Virus record (IMG/VR): IMGVR_UViG_3300031848_001226
Location: 1-31,559 of that record
DNA from: a virus
Lineage: Duplodnaviria; Caudoviricetes
Length of the DNA: 31,559 nucleotides
Reading direction: 5' to 3' (one strand)
Position numbers and translations under genes: made by a program. This document shows positions 8,114-17,076 of the stretch, piece by piece (within the stretch, counting starts at the first letter, position 1; every line of letters starts with the position of its first letter). The notes under the pieces were generated by a model. The model had not been told where the DNA came from. It did no database searches and saw only the letters and a program-made list of their open reading frames with translations.

Positions 8114-9034
8114 ATGATTCATGTGATAGGCGATCTCATCATCGATGAGTACTGGTATGGAAATACATTACGTATATCACCAGAAGCCCCTGTACCAATA
8201 GTAGAATTAAATAGTAAAAAGATTTCACTAGGTGGTGCTGGTAATGTATATATGAATATACGTGGCATGACCAATCAAGTTACGCTAGATGCTTATTATA
8301 GCCCAGATTTTCAGTATATATTTGATGATATTGAAATGACTGGTAATCTATTACCAATAGAAAGCATGCCACACAAACTCCGCATCTTCTCAGGTTCGCA
8401 CTATGTTTCGAGAATTGATGCAGAAAAAAGAATAGAAAATAACGATGTACAAGATAAATTCTTTGTACCAAATCAATATGACATAGTTGTACTATCCGAT
8501 TATAATAAGGGAACTGTAAAAGATCCTCAAAAAATTATTAAAAAATCGAAGAGAACTATAGTCGATCCAAAGGTTTCATTAGATAGATATAGAGGCGCTT
8601 TTATATTAAAGCCAAATCTTAAAGAATTCGAAGACTATGTAGGTAAAACATTAACACCTAAGCAGTTAATGTCAGAAGCACAACGAGTAAGAAATGAACT
8701 TGATATACATCATTTCATTGTCACTCTTGGTGCAGATGGTGTACTATATGTTGGAGATACCATTGAACACTATGCGGCTACCGCACAAGAGGTGTTTGAT
8801 GTTACAGGTGCTGGAGATACTTTTACCGCTGCGTTAGCTTTCGGTATATATAATAATCTACCAGTTCAAGATGCCGTGATTGTAGCAAATAAAATGTCGG
8901 GGTTATCAGTAGCCACTTCAGGAACATATGCTATACAACCAAATCATTTTAATGAAGCGATGGATGAAATCAATGAATATATTAATAACAGGACACAAGG
9001 GATTTATCGGGAAGAATCTTTGGATTTACTTTAA
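8114..9034 (+). CDS. hldA: Heptose-7-phosphate kinase (RfaE domain I / HldA, PfkB family)
   Basis: VIGD.IIDEY.YG...RISPEAPVP, GGAGNV, LSDYNKG, VDPK, KPN..EF, VTLG..G, DVTGAGDT. Confidence 0.92.
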   Translation: MIHVIGDLIIDEYWYGNTLRISPEAPVPIVELNSKKISLGGAGNVYMNIRGMTNQVTLDAYYSPDFQYIFDDIEMTGNLLPIESMPHKLRIFSGSHYVSRIDAEKRIENNDVQDKFFVPNQYDIVVLSDYNKGTVKDPQKIIKKSKRTIVDPKVSLDRYRGAFILKPNLKEFEDYVGKTLTPKQLMSEAQRVRNELDIHHFIVTLGADGVLYVGDTIEHYAATAQEVFDVTGAGDTFTAALAFGIYNNLPVQDAVIVANKMSGLSVATSGTYAIQPNHFNEAMDEINEYINNRTQGIYREESLDLL

Positions 9035-9800
9035 AAGTAAGGGCCATGATGTAGAGGGTTGGGAGTATGGAGATACACCTGAACTTCTATTACATAAGGG
9101 TATAGATTTAGTAATTCACTGCGGTGCTATTAGTAGTACTACAGAAACCAATGCTGAAAAGCTTATGACAATGAATTATGAATTTACTACTGATTTAATT
9201 GTTAAATGTCTTGAGTTGAGTATTGACATTCAATATGCATCATCAGCATCTGTATATGGTAATAGTGAAACGTTTAAAGAGACAGATGATTGTCATCCAA
9301 TGAATGGTTATGCATGGAGCAAATACCTTGTCGATAGGTTTGTCACAGAAACCTTAGCGATGGGTTCATTGCCAATTAACATTCAAGGTTTTAGATATTT
9401 TAATGCCTATGGTAAGTTCGAAGGTAATAAAGGAAATCAGGCATCTCCTGTTACAAAGTTTAAGCTTGACGCTATTACTGATGAATCTATAATGTTATTT
9501 GAAAATTCTACTGAGTACAAGAGAGATTTTGTATGCGTTGACGATATATGCGAAGTGCATGAAAAAATGATCGACGTAGATGTATCAGGAATATTTAATG
9601 TTGGTACTGGTAATGCGGTTAGTTTTGCTGAGGTTGGAGAAGCTATTGCTACAAAATATGGTGTAACTATTAATCATATTCCTATGCCAGATCAACTTAA
9701 AGGCAGTTACCAAACATTCACTGAAGCAAACATTGATCAGCTATCAAAGCACATTGACATGAAATGGACTAACGTATTGGATTATATTAATGACGTTTAA
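8973..9800 (+). CDS. hldD: ADP-L-glycero-D-manno-heptose-6-epimerase
   Basis: Start revised to ATG 8973 (MNILITGHKGFIG). H.GAISSTTE, YASSASVYG, YAWSK (YxxxK), FRYFN.YG, KRDFV.V.D, FNVGTG, YQ.FT.A. Confidence 0.9.
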   Translation: MNILITGHKGFIGKNLWIYFKSKGHDVEGWEYGDTPELLLHKGIDLVIHCGAISSTTETNAEKLMTMNYEFTTDLIVKCLELSIDIQYASSASVYGNSETFKETDDCHPMNGYAWSKYLVDRFVTETLAMGSLPINIQGFRYFNAYGKFEGNKGNQASPVTKFKLDAITDESIMLFENSTEYKRDFVCVDDICEVHEKMIDVDVSGIFNVGTGNAVSFAEVGEAIATKYGVTINHIPMPDQLKGSYQTFTEANIDQLSKHIDMKWTNVLDYINDV

Positions 9801-10434
9801 CATGTGGGGAGAAGAATCGTCGGCTGATATTCAGCAAGGTTCTCCTGATCAGCTATTAGATAGATCTCAATTAAATAAGAAATATGCTAAGCCACTTATT
9901 GCTATCGACCGTGATGGTGTTTTGATTGAATGTAAGGATGGAATTAAAACTAAAGATAGGTTTATCCCTATCGAAGGTTCACTTGCGGCTGTCTCTATGA
10001 TTAGGGCTAAAGGATATAAGCTAGCTGTCATCTTTGACCAACCAGGCATCTCTAGAGGTGAACTAACCATTGATGAAGTAGAAGATATGAACAACTATAT
10101 GATTGAGTTATTCGGTGATGTTGGATGTCCTAGTATAGATGGCGTGCTTTATAACATGTCTGATTATAAAGATGATATGTATGCTAAGCCAAAAACAGCA
10201 ATGTTTAAACGATTGCGCGATGAGTTTCGTGTTCCTATCAAAGGCGGATATTATGTTGGTGATAGGTTGGTTGATGCTAAAATGGCAGACAAAGCTAATC
10301 TTAAACCAATATTAGTTAAGACTGGCAAATACAGTGAAGACGAGAAAAAGTTTAATAGCTTTGCTAATAGACCTCTTAAGAAGAAGACTAAAGTTTATAA
10401 TAGCCTATTAGACTTTGCAGAATCTTTATTATAA
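9790..10434 (+). CDS. gmhB: D,D-heptose-1,7-bisphosphate phosphatase-like HAD-IIIA protein (divergent)
   Basis: DRDGVL, Q.GISRG, KP..AM, YVGDR..D...A, PILVKTGK; heptose-pathway context. Confidence 0.82.
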   Translation: MTFNMWGEESSADIQQGSPDQLLDRSQLNKKYAKPLIAIDRDGVLIECKDGIKTKDRFIPIEGSLAAVSMIRAKGYKLAVIFDQPGISRGELTIDEVEDMNNYMIELFGDVGCPSIDGVLYNMSDYKDDMYAKPKTAMFKRLRDEFRVPIKGGYYVGDRLVDAKMADKANLKPILVKTGKYSEDEKKFNSFANRPLKKKTKVYNSLLDFAESLL

Positions 10435-10437
10435 CAT

Positions 10438-10647
10438 CTACCACCAGCCCAGTGTTCTTCCATTACCAGCAACAATCATTAGGCAGGTAACTACATGTAT
10501 AACTATCCAAAAGGTTCTAAAAGCAAGAGCCTTAGCAACATCAGATTGTTTGATTGGAAGAAACTCGGGCTTATCTTCATCTGTAGATCCGACGGGCATA
10601 CCGACAGTTCTCGCCCAGACTCTTATCCATCGCCTTTGTCCGCTCAT
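10438..10647 (-). CDS. Small hypothetical membrane protein
   Basis: GGAG SD 7 nt upstream; one hydrophobic C-terminal segment; fills the intergenic space. Confidence 0.7.
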   Translation of the reverse strand: MSGQRRWIRVWARTVGMPVGSTDEDKPEFLPIKQSDVAKALAFRTFWIVIHVVTCLMIVAGNGRTLGWW

Positions 10648-10674
10648 GTTTTATCTCCGTTATATATTTTTTTT

Positions 10675-10701
10675 GCATTTAATTGAAAATAAGTGTGTAC
10701 A
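10675..10701 (+). repeat. 27-bp direct repeat copy 1 (UP/-35 part of a putative early promoter)
   Basis: GCATTTAATTGAAAATAAGTGTGTACA is identical to 11011-11037; TGTACA, 17 nt, TACAAA, then GGAG and ATG 10748. Confidence 0.85.
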
Positions 10702-10747
10702 TCTCATTAGTAGTACGTTACAAAGGTATTATCAAATGGAGATAAAC

Positions 10748-10960
10748 ATGACATACGCAATTTTAAATCAAAACCAAACTTCACTTTCCGACTTCGATAC
10801 CATTCCTCAAATCATCTCTCATATCAAATCATTAAATCTTCCATCATCCGAACAATATCTAATTTTTCCATCACATAATCAAATAACTTCTACATTCTTT
10901 CTCTTAACCTTAAAACAACTTATTAAAACATTCAAAAATACTCCACACGAATTTAATTAA
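10748..10960 (+). CDS. Small hypothetical protein (70 aa) with an almost G-free coding strand
   Basis: Start revised from track ORF 10415 to ATG 10748, which has GGAG upstream and follows repeat copy 1. Confidence 0.6.
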   Translation: MTYAILNQNQTSLSDFDTIPQIISHIKSLNLPSSEQYLIFPSHNQITSTFFLLTLKQLIKTFKNTPHEFN

Positions 10961-10971
10961 AAATATTATAA

Positions 10972-11008
10972 TATATCGACAATAATACACAATATTATTG
11001 TCGATATA
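10972..11008. repeat. Perfect 16-bp inverted repeat with 5-nt loop
   Basis: TATATCGACAATAATA-cacaa-TATTATTGTCGATATA. Confidence 0.9.
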
Positions 11009-11010
11009 AC

Positions 11011-11037
11011 GCATTTAATTGAAAATAAGTGTGTACA
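11011..11037 (+). repeat. 27-bp direct repeat copy 2 (UP/-35 part of a putative early promoter)
   Basis: Identical to 10675-10701; TGTACA, 17 nt, TATTCT (11055-11060), upstream of ATG 11096. Confidence 0.85.
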
Positions 11038-11095
11038 ACACTTCTCAAATGCGTTATTCTGGTTATAGAAACAAGATAACAAGAAAGAGAACAAA

Positions 11096-11365
11096 ATGAA
11101 CAACTTTAAATCAGTATGGTGTGACATTGAACTTCCAGCCAATCTTAAAGCTAACTCACGTATAACATCTTCATTCATTAACGGTGAAAATGAAAACGGT
11201 TATACTTACGGCGAAGTTTCTGCATTCATTACGACAGCTGATCAAGTTGGTGTTCAAACTGCTGTTGATTCTCTTATCGCTCAATCAGGTGACGAGCATC
11301 ATGTCTTTATCGAAGACTTAGAGTACAACTGCGACGGTTCTTTTGAAGTTTGGTTGGGTTCTTAA
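11096..11365 (+). CDS. Small acidic hypothetical protein (probable early gene)
   Basis: Purine-rich leader; preceded by repeat copy 2 and followed by a terminator hairpin. Confidence 0.75.
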   Translation: MNNFKSVWCDIELPANLKANSRITSSFINGENENGYTYGEVSAFITTADQVGVQTAVDSLIAQSGDEHHVFIEDLEYNCDGSFEVWLGS

Positions 11366-11395
11366 AAAAAGCCGGACAAACTAATGCCCGGCTTT
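11364..11395 (-). terminator. Intrinsic terminator of the GT9/carbamoyltransferase transcript, possibly bidirectional
   Basis: Minus-strand stem GCCGGGCA/TGTCCGGC (one G-U pair), 6-nt loop, then T7; lies between convergent genes. Confidence 0.85.
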
Positions 11396-11415
11396 AATTC
11401 TAAGAGGTGCATCTC

Positions 11416-13227
11416 TTAATTTGAAACTGTGATAAGCTTTCCATGCTCCGGTAAATACAGATATTCGATATCTGATTTTTCCAAAGTGTCGATAGCGTGA
11501 TCAATAGTTTCTACGAGAGGGTCTCCCCCCAAGTTAAAACTGGTATTAAACACGATAGGTACACCAGTTTTATCTTTGAATGCAGTAATCAAACGATGGT
11601 ACAAAGGATTTTGTTCCTTAGTAACAGTCTGAATACGGCATGTTCCGTCAACATGGATGATAGCCGGAATCTTTTCTTCTACTCCTGGTTGACAATTAAC
11701 CGCGTACATCATATGCGGTGTCTCATCCATTCCACGTAAATCAAACCATTCATGCACGTCTTCGGCTAGAATAGATCCAGCAAATGGTCTAAAGTATTCA
11801 CGGTTCTTTACTAGGTTGACATAATCTTTACCATCTTCAAGTGTAGGATCAAATAGAATAGATCTGTTTCCAAGCGCCCGTGGTCCATTCTCAGAACGAC
11901 CTTGGAAGACGGTTACGATGTTCTTGCTTGTAATAAGGTCAACTATGTCTTTGTCGTTAGCATCTTTCATTACAGCCGTATCACTTTTTGTTACGGCCAA
12001 TGCAATATCATCAATAGTATAATTGTGGTCTGGACCCAAATACAATGTATTAAGATCTCTATTAGTTTCGTCATCAGTACGAGCATGCCAATACATTAGG
12101 GCTGCACCCATCGCGGTACCAGCATCATTAGAAATTGGTTCTACATAAATGTTAATGCCTTCGTCTTTAAGCGCATCAAGATATTCATAGTTTGCCACAC
12201 AATTAAGTCCATATCCACCAGAGATCACTACATTCTTCGTGTCGCCCATCTCTACGGCTTTTCGGATCAGTTTAATCATTTCAGCTTGAGACTGAGTTTG
12301 AATAGCATAAGCCATATCTCTACGAGAATCGAGCTTAGTAAGATCTCCTTCTACGGCATCAAATTGCTCTGCAGTTGCTTGCAAGAAATCATAGAATCCA
12401 TCATTTACGTATGCACCATTAGGAACATTTGGAATAAACAGATTTCTATCAAATACACCAGGATGTGGTGAACGCGGATCAAACAAATTATCTAAGTCTG
12501 AGTTCTCATTGCCATATGGAAATAAGCCCATAGTTTTGCCGGCTTCTATTGGTTGCCAACCACAGTATTGCGTAACAGCCTCATATGTTTTAGTGATGCC
12601 ACCACGGTCTGAAATCATAACTTGAAACTCGCCTTCTTCACCAAATTGCTCACCACTAAATGATGCATCAGCACCAACTAATGGATCTCTGCAACCCATG
12701 TGTTTGTACAAGGTCTTAAAGTTTGCAGGGTAAGACGCCGTAATGATAGATTCATATTCCCATAGCGCAAGACCTTCACCCGTATGTGGGTTTGACACTG
12801 GTATCATTGAACCAGCACCGTCAGCAATAAGTGCTACAGCTTCCTCAAACGGAGAGCGATAGAAAGCCACTGCAGCATGCAATTTGTGATGCTGCTGAGA
12901 CATATCGATAACTTGTGGATGTGCCTGAGTCTGGATGTTTTGATCTATTAATCCAAGCTTTCTAGCAAGCCCGGTGTACACATCTTCGCCAGAAAAATCT
13001 ACTTTACCAGCAGTTTCCTGAAGTGATTGTGTGTGTGCTACTACCAAATAATCAAGCTTATCAGTGTAATCAAGAATTTTTACCATTCCTGCATATGGAC
13101 CACCGTCATACTTTCTACGAGAAAGTCGTTCTTCCTCAATAGAAAATATAATTTCACCATTCTTTAGTAGACATACACCAGCGTTATGGCCTCGTGCAAT
13201 ACCTGCAATCCAAATATCATTTTTCAT
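11416..13227 (-). CDS. Full-length O-carbamoyltransferase (NodU/CmcH/TobZ family)
   Basis: Start revised to ATG 13227. EEERLSR.K, HH.LHAA.AF, DGAG, EAGKTMGL.PYG, SGG.GLNCVAN, D.GTA.GAA, GRSE.GPRALGNRSIL, K.RE.FRPFA, HVDGTCRIQTV, NTSFNL.G.P.VE. Confidence 0.93.
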   Translation of the reverse strand: MKNDIWIAGIARGHNAGVCLLKNGEIIFSIEEERLSRRKYDGGPYAGMVKILDYTDKLDYLVVAHTQSLQETAGKVDFSGEDVYTGLARKLGLIDQNIQTQAHPQVIDMSQQHHKLHAAVAFYRSPFEEAVALIADGAGSMIPVSNPHTGEGLALWEYESIITASYPANFKTLYKHMGCRDPLVGADASFSGEQFGEEGEFQVMISDRGGITKTYEAVTQYCGWQPIEAGKTMGLFPYGNENSDLDNLFDPRSPHPGVFDRNLFIPNVPNGAYVNDGFYDFLQATAEQFDAVEGDLTKLDSRRDMAYAIQTQSQAEMIKLIRKAVEMGDTKNVVISGGYGLNCVANYEYLDALKDEGINIYVEPISNDAGTAMGAALMYWHARTDDETNRDLNTLYLGPDHNYTIDDIALAVTKSDTAVMKDANDKDIVDLITSKNIVTVFQGRSENGPRALGNRSILFDPTLEDGKDYVNLVKNREYFRPFAGSILAEDVHEWFDLRGMDETPHMMYAVNCQPGVEEKIPAIIHVDGTCRIQTVTKEQNPLYHRLITAFKDKTGVPIVFNTSFNLGGDPLVETIDHAIDTLEKSDIEYLYLPEHGKLITVSN

Positions 13228-14179
13228 TTTTACCACCCTTCGAAATAACCATATCAAGCTCTTTAGCAATCTCATTGATTGCACCTTCAGACAGCATCAT
13301 AATACCTTCATGTGCCATATGAATTTCTTCTTCAAAGGAAATGCGAATAGGATCATATTGACGGCGACCATGCCCAAGATCCAACACCTGAAAAATATCA
13401 CTATCCGGATAACTTACATTTTCTTGATATGTTGCTCCCAATACAGTTACTGATGGTGTTTTGGTTGAATACGAAAAGTGTTGGCCTACGCTATCACAAC
13501 CTAAAAAACCATTTGCTGCTTTAATTGCTGCTGCCCAAATACGTAATGGAGCACCTTCTGGTTGAGCAACTGGTTCGGTAATACCGTGCTGAGACCAATC
13601 ACCCTGAAATTCAGACATTACTACAACTGCATATTTTTTCTGTAATTTCTTTATTAATTTAATTGTATCTTGTAATCCAAATGATCTGCCACCACTATCA
13701 ACTAGGTGTTGACCTTTACTACCCATAGGCTGCGTACTACGCCCGTATGGTTGGAATACAACTACTTTTTCCTTTTTAGTTTTTTCACGAACTTCATCAA
13801 TAATATCTTGACCTTGAATCAGTTCTGTAGCAGTTAAGTATAAAGCAGGATCTTGAAGATCACGCAAGCCTTTATTATTAACTTGAATGTCAAAGGCTGA
13901 AACTAGATTTGCCTCTTGATTATAGTATTCCCAAACACGATATGGTTCAGTAGTAATACAATTTCTATGTTTGATTTTATCTTTAAATAAATTTTTATGC
14001 CAGTTATCATATGAGCGGGCATGCAAAGTCGGGTGACCTTTATACATGTCCATACCGCCCTCACAGACAATGATAAAATCATCATCAGGATTTTCGGCTT
14101 CATATTTTTCGAATGCTGGGATTGAACAGATATGTCGGCCTGCTCCACCGTTTACAAAGAACGCTGTCGATCTTGTCAT
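13217..14179 (-). CDS. GT9-like (ADP-heptose heptosyltransferase-like) GT-B glycosyltransferase
   Basis: Start revised to ATG 14179 (GAGG upstream). N-terminal GGAGRHICSIPA resembles GT9 G.GD.....P; P.LYL and VVFQP.G; LRIWAAAIKAANGFLGCDSVGQH resembles the GT9 L....A.I..A..F.G.DSG..H motif. Confidence 0.7.
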   Translation of the reverse strand: MTRSTAFFVNGGAGRHICSIPAFEKYEAENPDDDFIIVCEGGMDMYKGHPTLHARSYDNWHKNLFKDKIKHRNCITTEPYRVWEYYNQEANLVSAFDIQVNNKGLRDLQDPALYLTATELIQGQDIIDEVREKTKKEKVVVFQPYGRSTQPMGSKGQHLVDSGGRSFGLQDTIKLIKKLQKKYAVVVMSEFQGDWSQHGITEPVAQPEGAPLRIWAAAIKAANGFLGCDSVGQHFSYSTKTPSVTVLGATYQENVSYPDSDIFQVLDLGHGRRQYDPIRISFEEEIHMAHEGIMMLSEGAINEIAKELDMVISKGGKNEK

Positions 14180-14227
14180 TTTGCACCTCACAAGAATTAA
14201 TTATAAATGAATAGTCATCATCATTAT

Positions 14228-14245
14228 ACGTTTATATATAAACGT
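14228..14245. promoter_or_regulatory. Perfect 18-bp palindrome upstream of the GT9-like gene
   Basis: ACGTTTATATATAAACGT, abutting a minus-strand TATAAT (14228-14223). Confidence 0.55.
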
Positions 14246-14250
14246 TTTCA

Positions 14251-14270
14251 GAGAGCCCCGTAGGGCTCTC
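14251..14270 (-). other. Stable RNA hairpin with cUACGg tetraloop and no U-tract
   Basis: GAGAGCCC-TACG-GGGCTCTC, 6 nt after the stop of the 14277-14987 gene. Confidence 0.7.
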
Positions 14271-14276
14271 CGGTAA

Positions 14277-14987
14277 TTATCTACCTTCGGCTGCTTCGTC
14301 AGAATCTCTAGCGGCGTCTGCCACAATTTTTGCCGCAGCAATAACACCTTCGTCAGAATCATGTGGTGTCATCCTAAATGTTACTTCATGCGGAAGTAAA
14401 CTAGCCGCACTATATCCTGAAACTTTAGAAACTGCTTCTGTTTGAATGCGTGTCCATGCTACTGTAAGATCAGAATCTGCAACAACAGCATCTGTTGCTA
14501 ACCATGCGGTTGCATCTGCAGCAACATTATTTGCTTGCAAACCAACCATATTCCAATCAGTCCATGGGTGATGCCATGGATAAGGTTTCTGCCATGACCG
14601 TAATTCAGGTAAATAAGTCATAGCCGCTGCTTCATATGCCTTGTGGGGCGGAATAGGCCATGGATACTTGTACTCCAAGCCATCTGGACCAGCTTTTGTC
14701 TTCACCGACAGATCCATCATATCAGAATCTCTCATTTCCCAAAATATAGAAGCTTCTAAAGGTTGTGCCATAGCGTTAATTAAAACAGCACCCTCTTCAT
14801 CGCCTTCCGCAATCCACTCTTCAATAGTAATGGGTTGTACATTTTGTTTTTTGCCTGTTAGGTTAATATCCACCTTAAGATATGCCGGACCATGATACGT
14901 AAAGCTAGAAGAGGAATCATTTGAAGCTTCTTGTAATGTATAGTCGTCTGGCACTTTAAAGCTAAACGTTTTTGTTATCTTTGCCAT
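14277..14987 (-). CDS. Hypothetical protein, possibly a tail-fibre assembly chaperone
   Basis: Last gene after the fibre cluster; Trp/Pro-rich; C-terminal W..IQ......P.EV.F..P only loosely resembles tail assembly chaperones; four DSD motifs. Confidence 0.5.
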   Translation of the reverse strand: MAKITKTFSFKVPDDYTLQEASNDSSSSFTYHGPAYLKVDINLTGKKQNVQPITIEEWIAEGDEEGAVLINAMAQPLEASIFWEMRDSDMMDLSVKTKAGPDGLEYKYPWPIPPHKAYEAAAMTYLPELRSWQKPYPWHHPWTDWNMVGLQANNVAADATAWLATDAVVADSDLTVAWTRIQTEAVSKVSGYSAASLLPHEVTFRMTPHDSDEGVIAAAKIVADAARDSDEAAEGR

Positions 14988-14996
14988 TTTAGTTCC

Positions 14997-16061
14997 TTAT
15001 GAATAGCTTATTTTTACGAGAGGCGGACCACCAGTACTGCCGCAACAACATGTGCCGCCGCATGTCCATGTGATTAAACCTGGCATTCCAGGTACTGTTT
15101 GCGCTCCCCAAGATTGACACTGTCTGCCCATACTTTGCGAAAGATTGGAAACCATCATTCCAAACATATCTGGATGAATGTTACATTGCTTGTACATAGT
15201 CATGCCACCGTTAATCGAGACTTTTTCTTGAAATCCAGAATTCCAATGGTTTAATCCACCAGGATATGGAATAAAGTGTTTATCTCCACACCGACTAGCA
15301 TCAACATTGTCAGCGCCACAACAACCTATTTGCATACATGACCACATACCCTTAGATCCAATATCGGCTCCATAGTAATTGGCTCTTCTGTACACATCAC
15401 CAACACTATCTTCCATGGTTCTTTGTACTACATCTTTCATACAAACTGTTTTACAGCATGCTTTCGCACCCGTTATTGTCCCAAAGTAGCATACCCACCA
15501 ATTACATCTTGTTATTCCAGGATTACCACCTTCTGCACAGAAATTTGTAAGGCCAGGACCAGTAACAAAAGCTTTAGGTCCACGCTCACCTCTGTGCAAA
15601 GGCATATTTGGCCATGATCCTGCTGCTTGGTCAAGTGTCTGTCCAGCAATATTGTTGTACTGTGAACAACAAACTTTATCTAAGTCTTGGTAACATGAAC
15701 AATATACATTTCCCGCAGTAACCGCAACCTCTTTAACAGCATGGGCACCAGATCCAGCATGCATACCTTGCATACAACAATGACTCGCAGCCCCGGTACC
15801 GCCACCACCCCAAACTTTAAATGTAGCTCTAGTTACACCTGCCGGAACTTTCCATTTCCATGATGTATAGGCCGCAACATTAGTAACAGTGCCGTTTTGC
15901 CGATTACTGCCCGCAGCGTTTACTGTATCGAATCCGGCATATCTTCCACCACACGTATAATTCAATGGCCAGCTTATTTCGCTCTCCGCAGTTTCGTGTT
16001 GTTCTAAAGGTGCATCTGCTGATAAGTATTGCCCTAAAAAGACTTGTAGTTTTTTAGCCAT
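14997..16061 (-). CDS. Cys/Gly-rich putative tail-tip protein, type C2
   Basis: MAKKL start; WKVPAGVT.ATF.VWGGGG; GPGLTNFCAEGGN; TCGGTCCCG; about 23 Cys. Confidence 0.7.
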   Translation of the reverse strand: MAKKLQVFLGQYLSADAPLEQHETAESEISWPLNYTCGGRYAGFDTVNAAGSNRQNGTVTNVAAYTSWKWKVPAGVTRATFKVWGGGGTGAASHCCMQGMHAGSGAHAVKEVAVTAGNVYCSCYQDLDKVCCSQYNNIAGQTLDQAAGSWPNMPLHRGERGPKAFVTGPGLTNFCAEGGNPGITRCNWWVCYFGTITGAKACCKTVCMKDVVQRTMEDSVGDVYRRANYYGADIGSKGMWSCMQIGCCGADNVDASRCGDKHFIPYPGGLNHWNSGFQEKVSINGGMTMYKQCNIHPDMFGMMVSNLSQSMGRQCQSWGAQTVPGMPGLITWTCGGTCCCGSTGGPPLVKISYS

Positions 16062-17065
16062 TATTCTGCCTCTGCTTCATATCTAATTACTGTAATACCA
16101 GACTGTCCGGGTGCTCCGCAACAACAGTTACCACCAGTGACATTCGCACCCATATGTGATGAACCTGCCCACCAGTAATCTCCGTGAGCACCATCATGTC
16201 CATACGTACAAGCTATTGCGTTCCGTTGGTTCCATCCACCCTCACCCTCAGCACATTTAAAGAGACCAGATCTTGCTATCAAACCTTGTCTAAATGCAGA
16301 ACCTTTCCAGATTGGAGTATAATGCATACGTTGTTTATACCTGGTATCGGCGGAATTTCTGGCAATACACGATCCAACTTCATAACCTGCCGGTCCTTGG
16401 TATCTACATAAGGTAGCGTCAAATCCAGCTTCGCTACAGCCAGCCGGAGGTATTGCGGCACCAGTAGTAAAGCAAAGAGCCTCGACAGATATACCATTTT
16501 GGCAGCAACACCATTTCATCTGGTTGGTTTGAATATTCAATGCACCAAAATTACAACAGTTGAATTGGTAGTCAGCAAAACATACTGTTGTACCGCCACA
16601 CGCGCCAGACGCACATAAATTTTGTTTAATAACAGGACTAGCTTTAGTACCTGTTACATGACATAATCTCCATCCCGCAATACCCTGTCCTTGGGCCGAT
16701 TGAGGAATGCAACATTTATTTGCTGGTCTTTGACATAATTGAATATAATCACTATCACCATCAGACCATTGTGGAGTATATTTAAAACTAGCAGCATTAT
16801 AGCCCATCTGACCTTGCATACAGCAACAAGAACCACCAGCTTGTCCACCATTAGCAATTGTCCAAAGGTGAGTCTTATTTTTTATATATTTTTTACCTGA
16901 ATGAGTAGCACACTTGTCGATGAACGTATACATATTCCCATACGCTGATTCTGCGTTGCCTTCGCCCTCGTTGCCCCATGCGGATGAATATATATCCGTA
17001 TAATATTCTAATTGACTGTTCGCCTTTGCAGCGCCCGGTAAAAATGTACTTAAATTTTTTGCCAT
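16061..17065 (-). CDS. Cys/Gly-rich putative tail-tip protein, type B2
   Basis: MAKNLSTFLPG; GGSCCCMQG; GGNCCCG...VIRY; about 25 Cys. Confidence 0.7.
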   Translation of the reverse strand: MAKNLSTFLPGAAKANSQLEYYTDIYSSAWGNEGEGNAESAYGNMYTFIDKCATHSGKKYIKNKTHLWTIANGGQAGGSCCCMQGQMGYNAASFKYTPQWSDGDSDYIQLCQRPANKCCIPQSAQGQGIAGWRLCHVTGTKASPVIKQNLCASGACGGTTVCFADYQFNCCNFGALNIQTNQMKWCCCQNGISVEALCFTTGAAIPPAGCSEAGFDATLCRYQGPAGYEVGSCIARNSADTRYKQRMHYTPIWKGSAFRQGLIARSGLFKCAEGEGGWNQRNAIACTYGHDGAHGDYWWAGSSHMGANVTGGNCCCGAPGQSGITVIRYEAEAE

Positions 17066-17076
17066 TTTTCTTAATC

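Noticed and set aside
8973-9034. 62-bp hldA/hldD overlap as a programmed frameshift fusion
   Set aside because: No clear slippery site, and hldD has its own ATG; a drifted stop codon is simpler.
10415-10747. 181-aa track ORF starting at 10415
   Set aside because: The 5' part overlaps a better minus-strand gene and the promoter repeat; the SD supports a start at 10748.
10675-11037. CRISPR array or CtrA box in the 27-bp repeats
   Set aside because: Only two copies, 336 bp apart, with no cas genes; TTAA-N7-TAAG does not match TTAA-N7-TTAA.
11416-13227. Carbamoyltransferase as a DNA (hydroxymethylcytosine) modifying enzyme
   Set aside because: No thymidylate-synthase-like or nucleotide-modification genes nearby; context is sugar transferases and tail genes. 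Not excluded without the rest of the genome.
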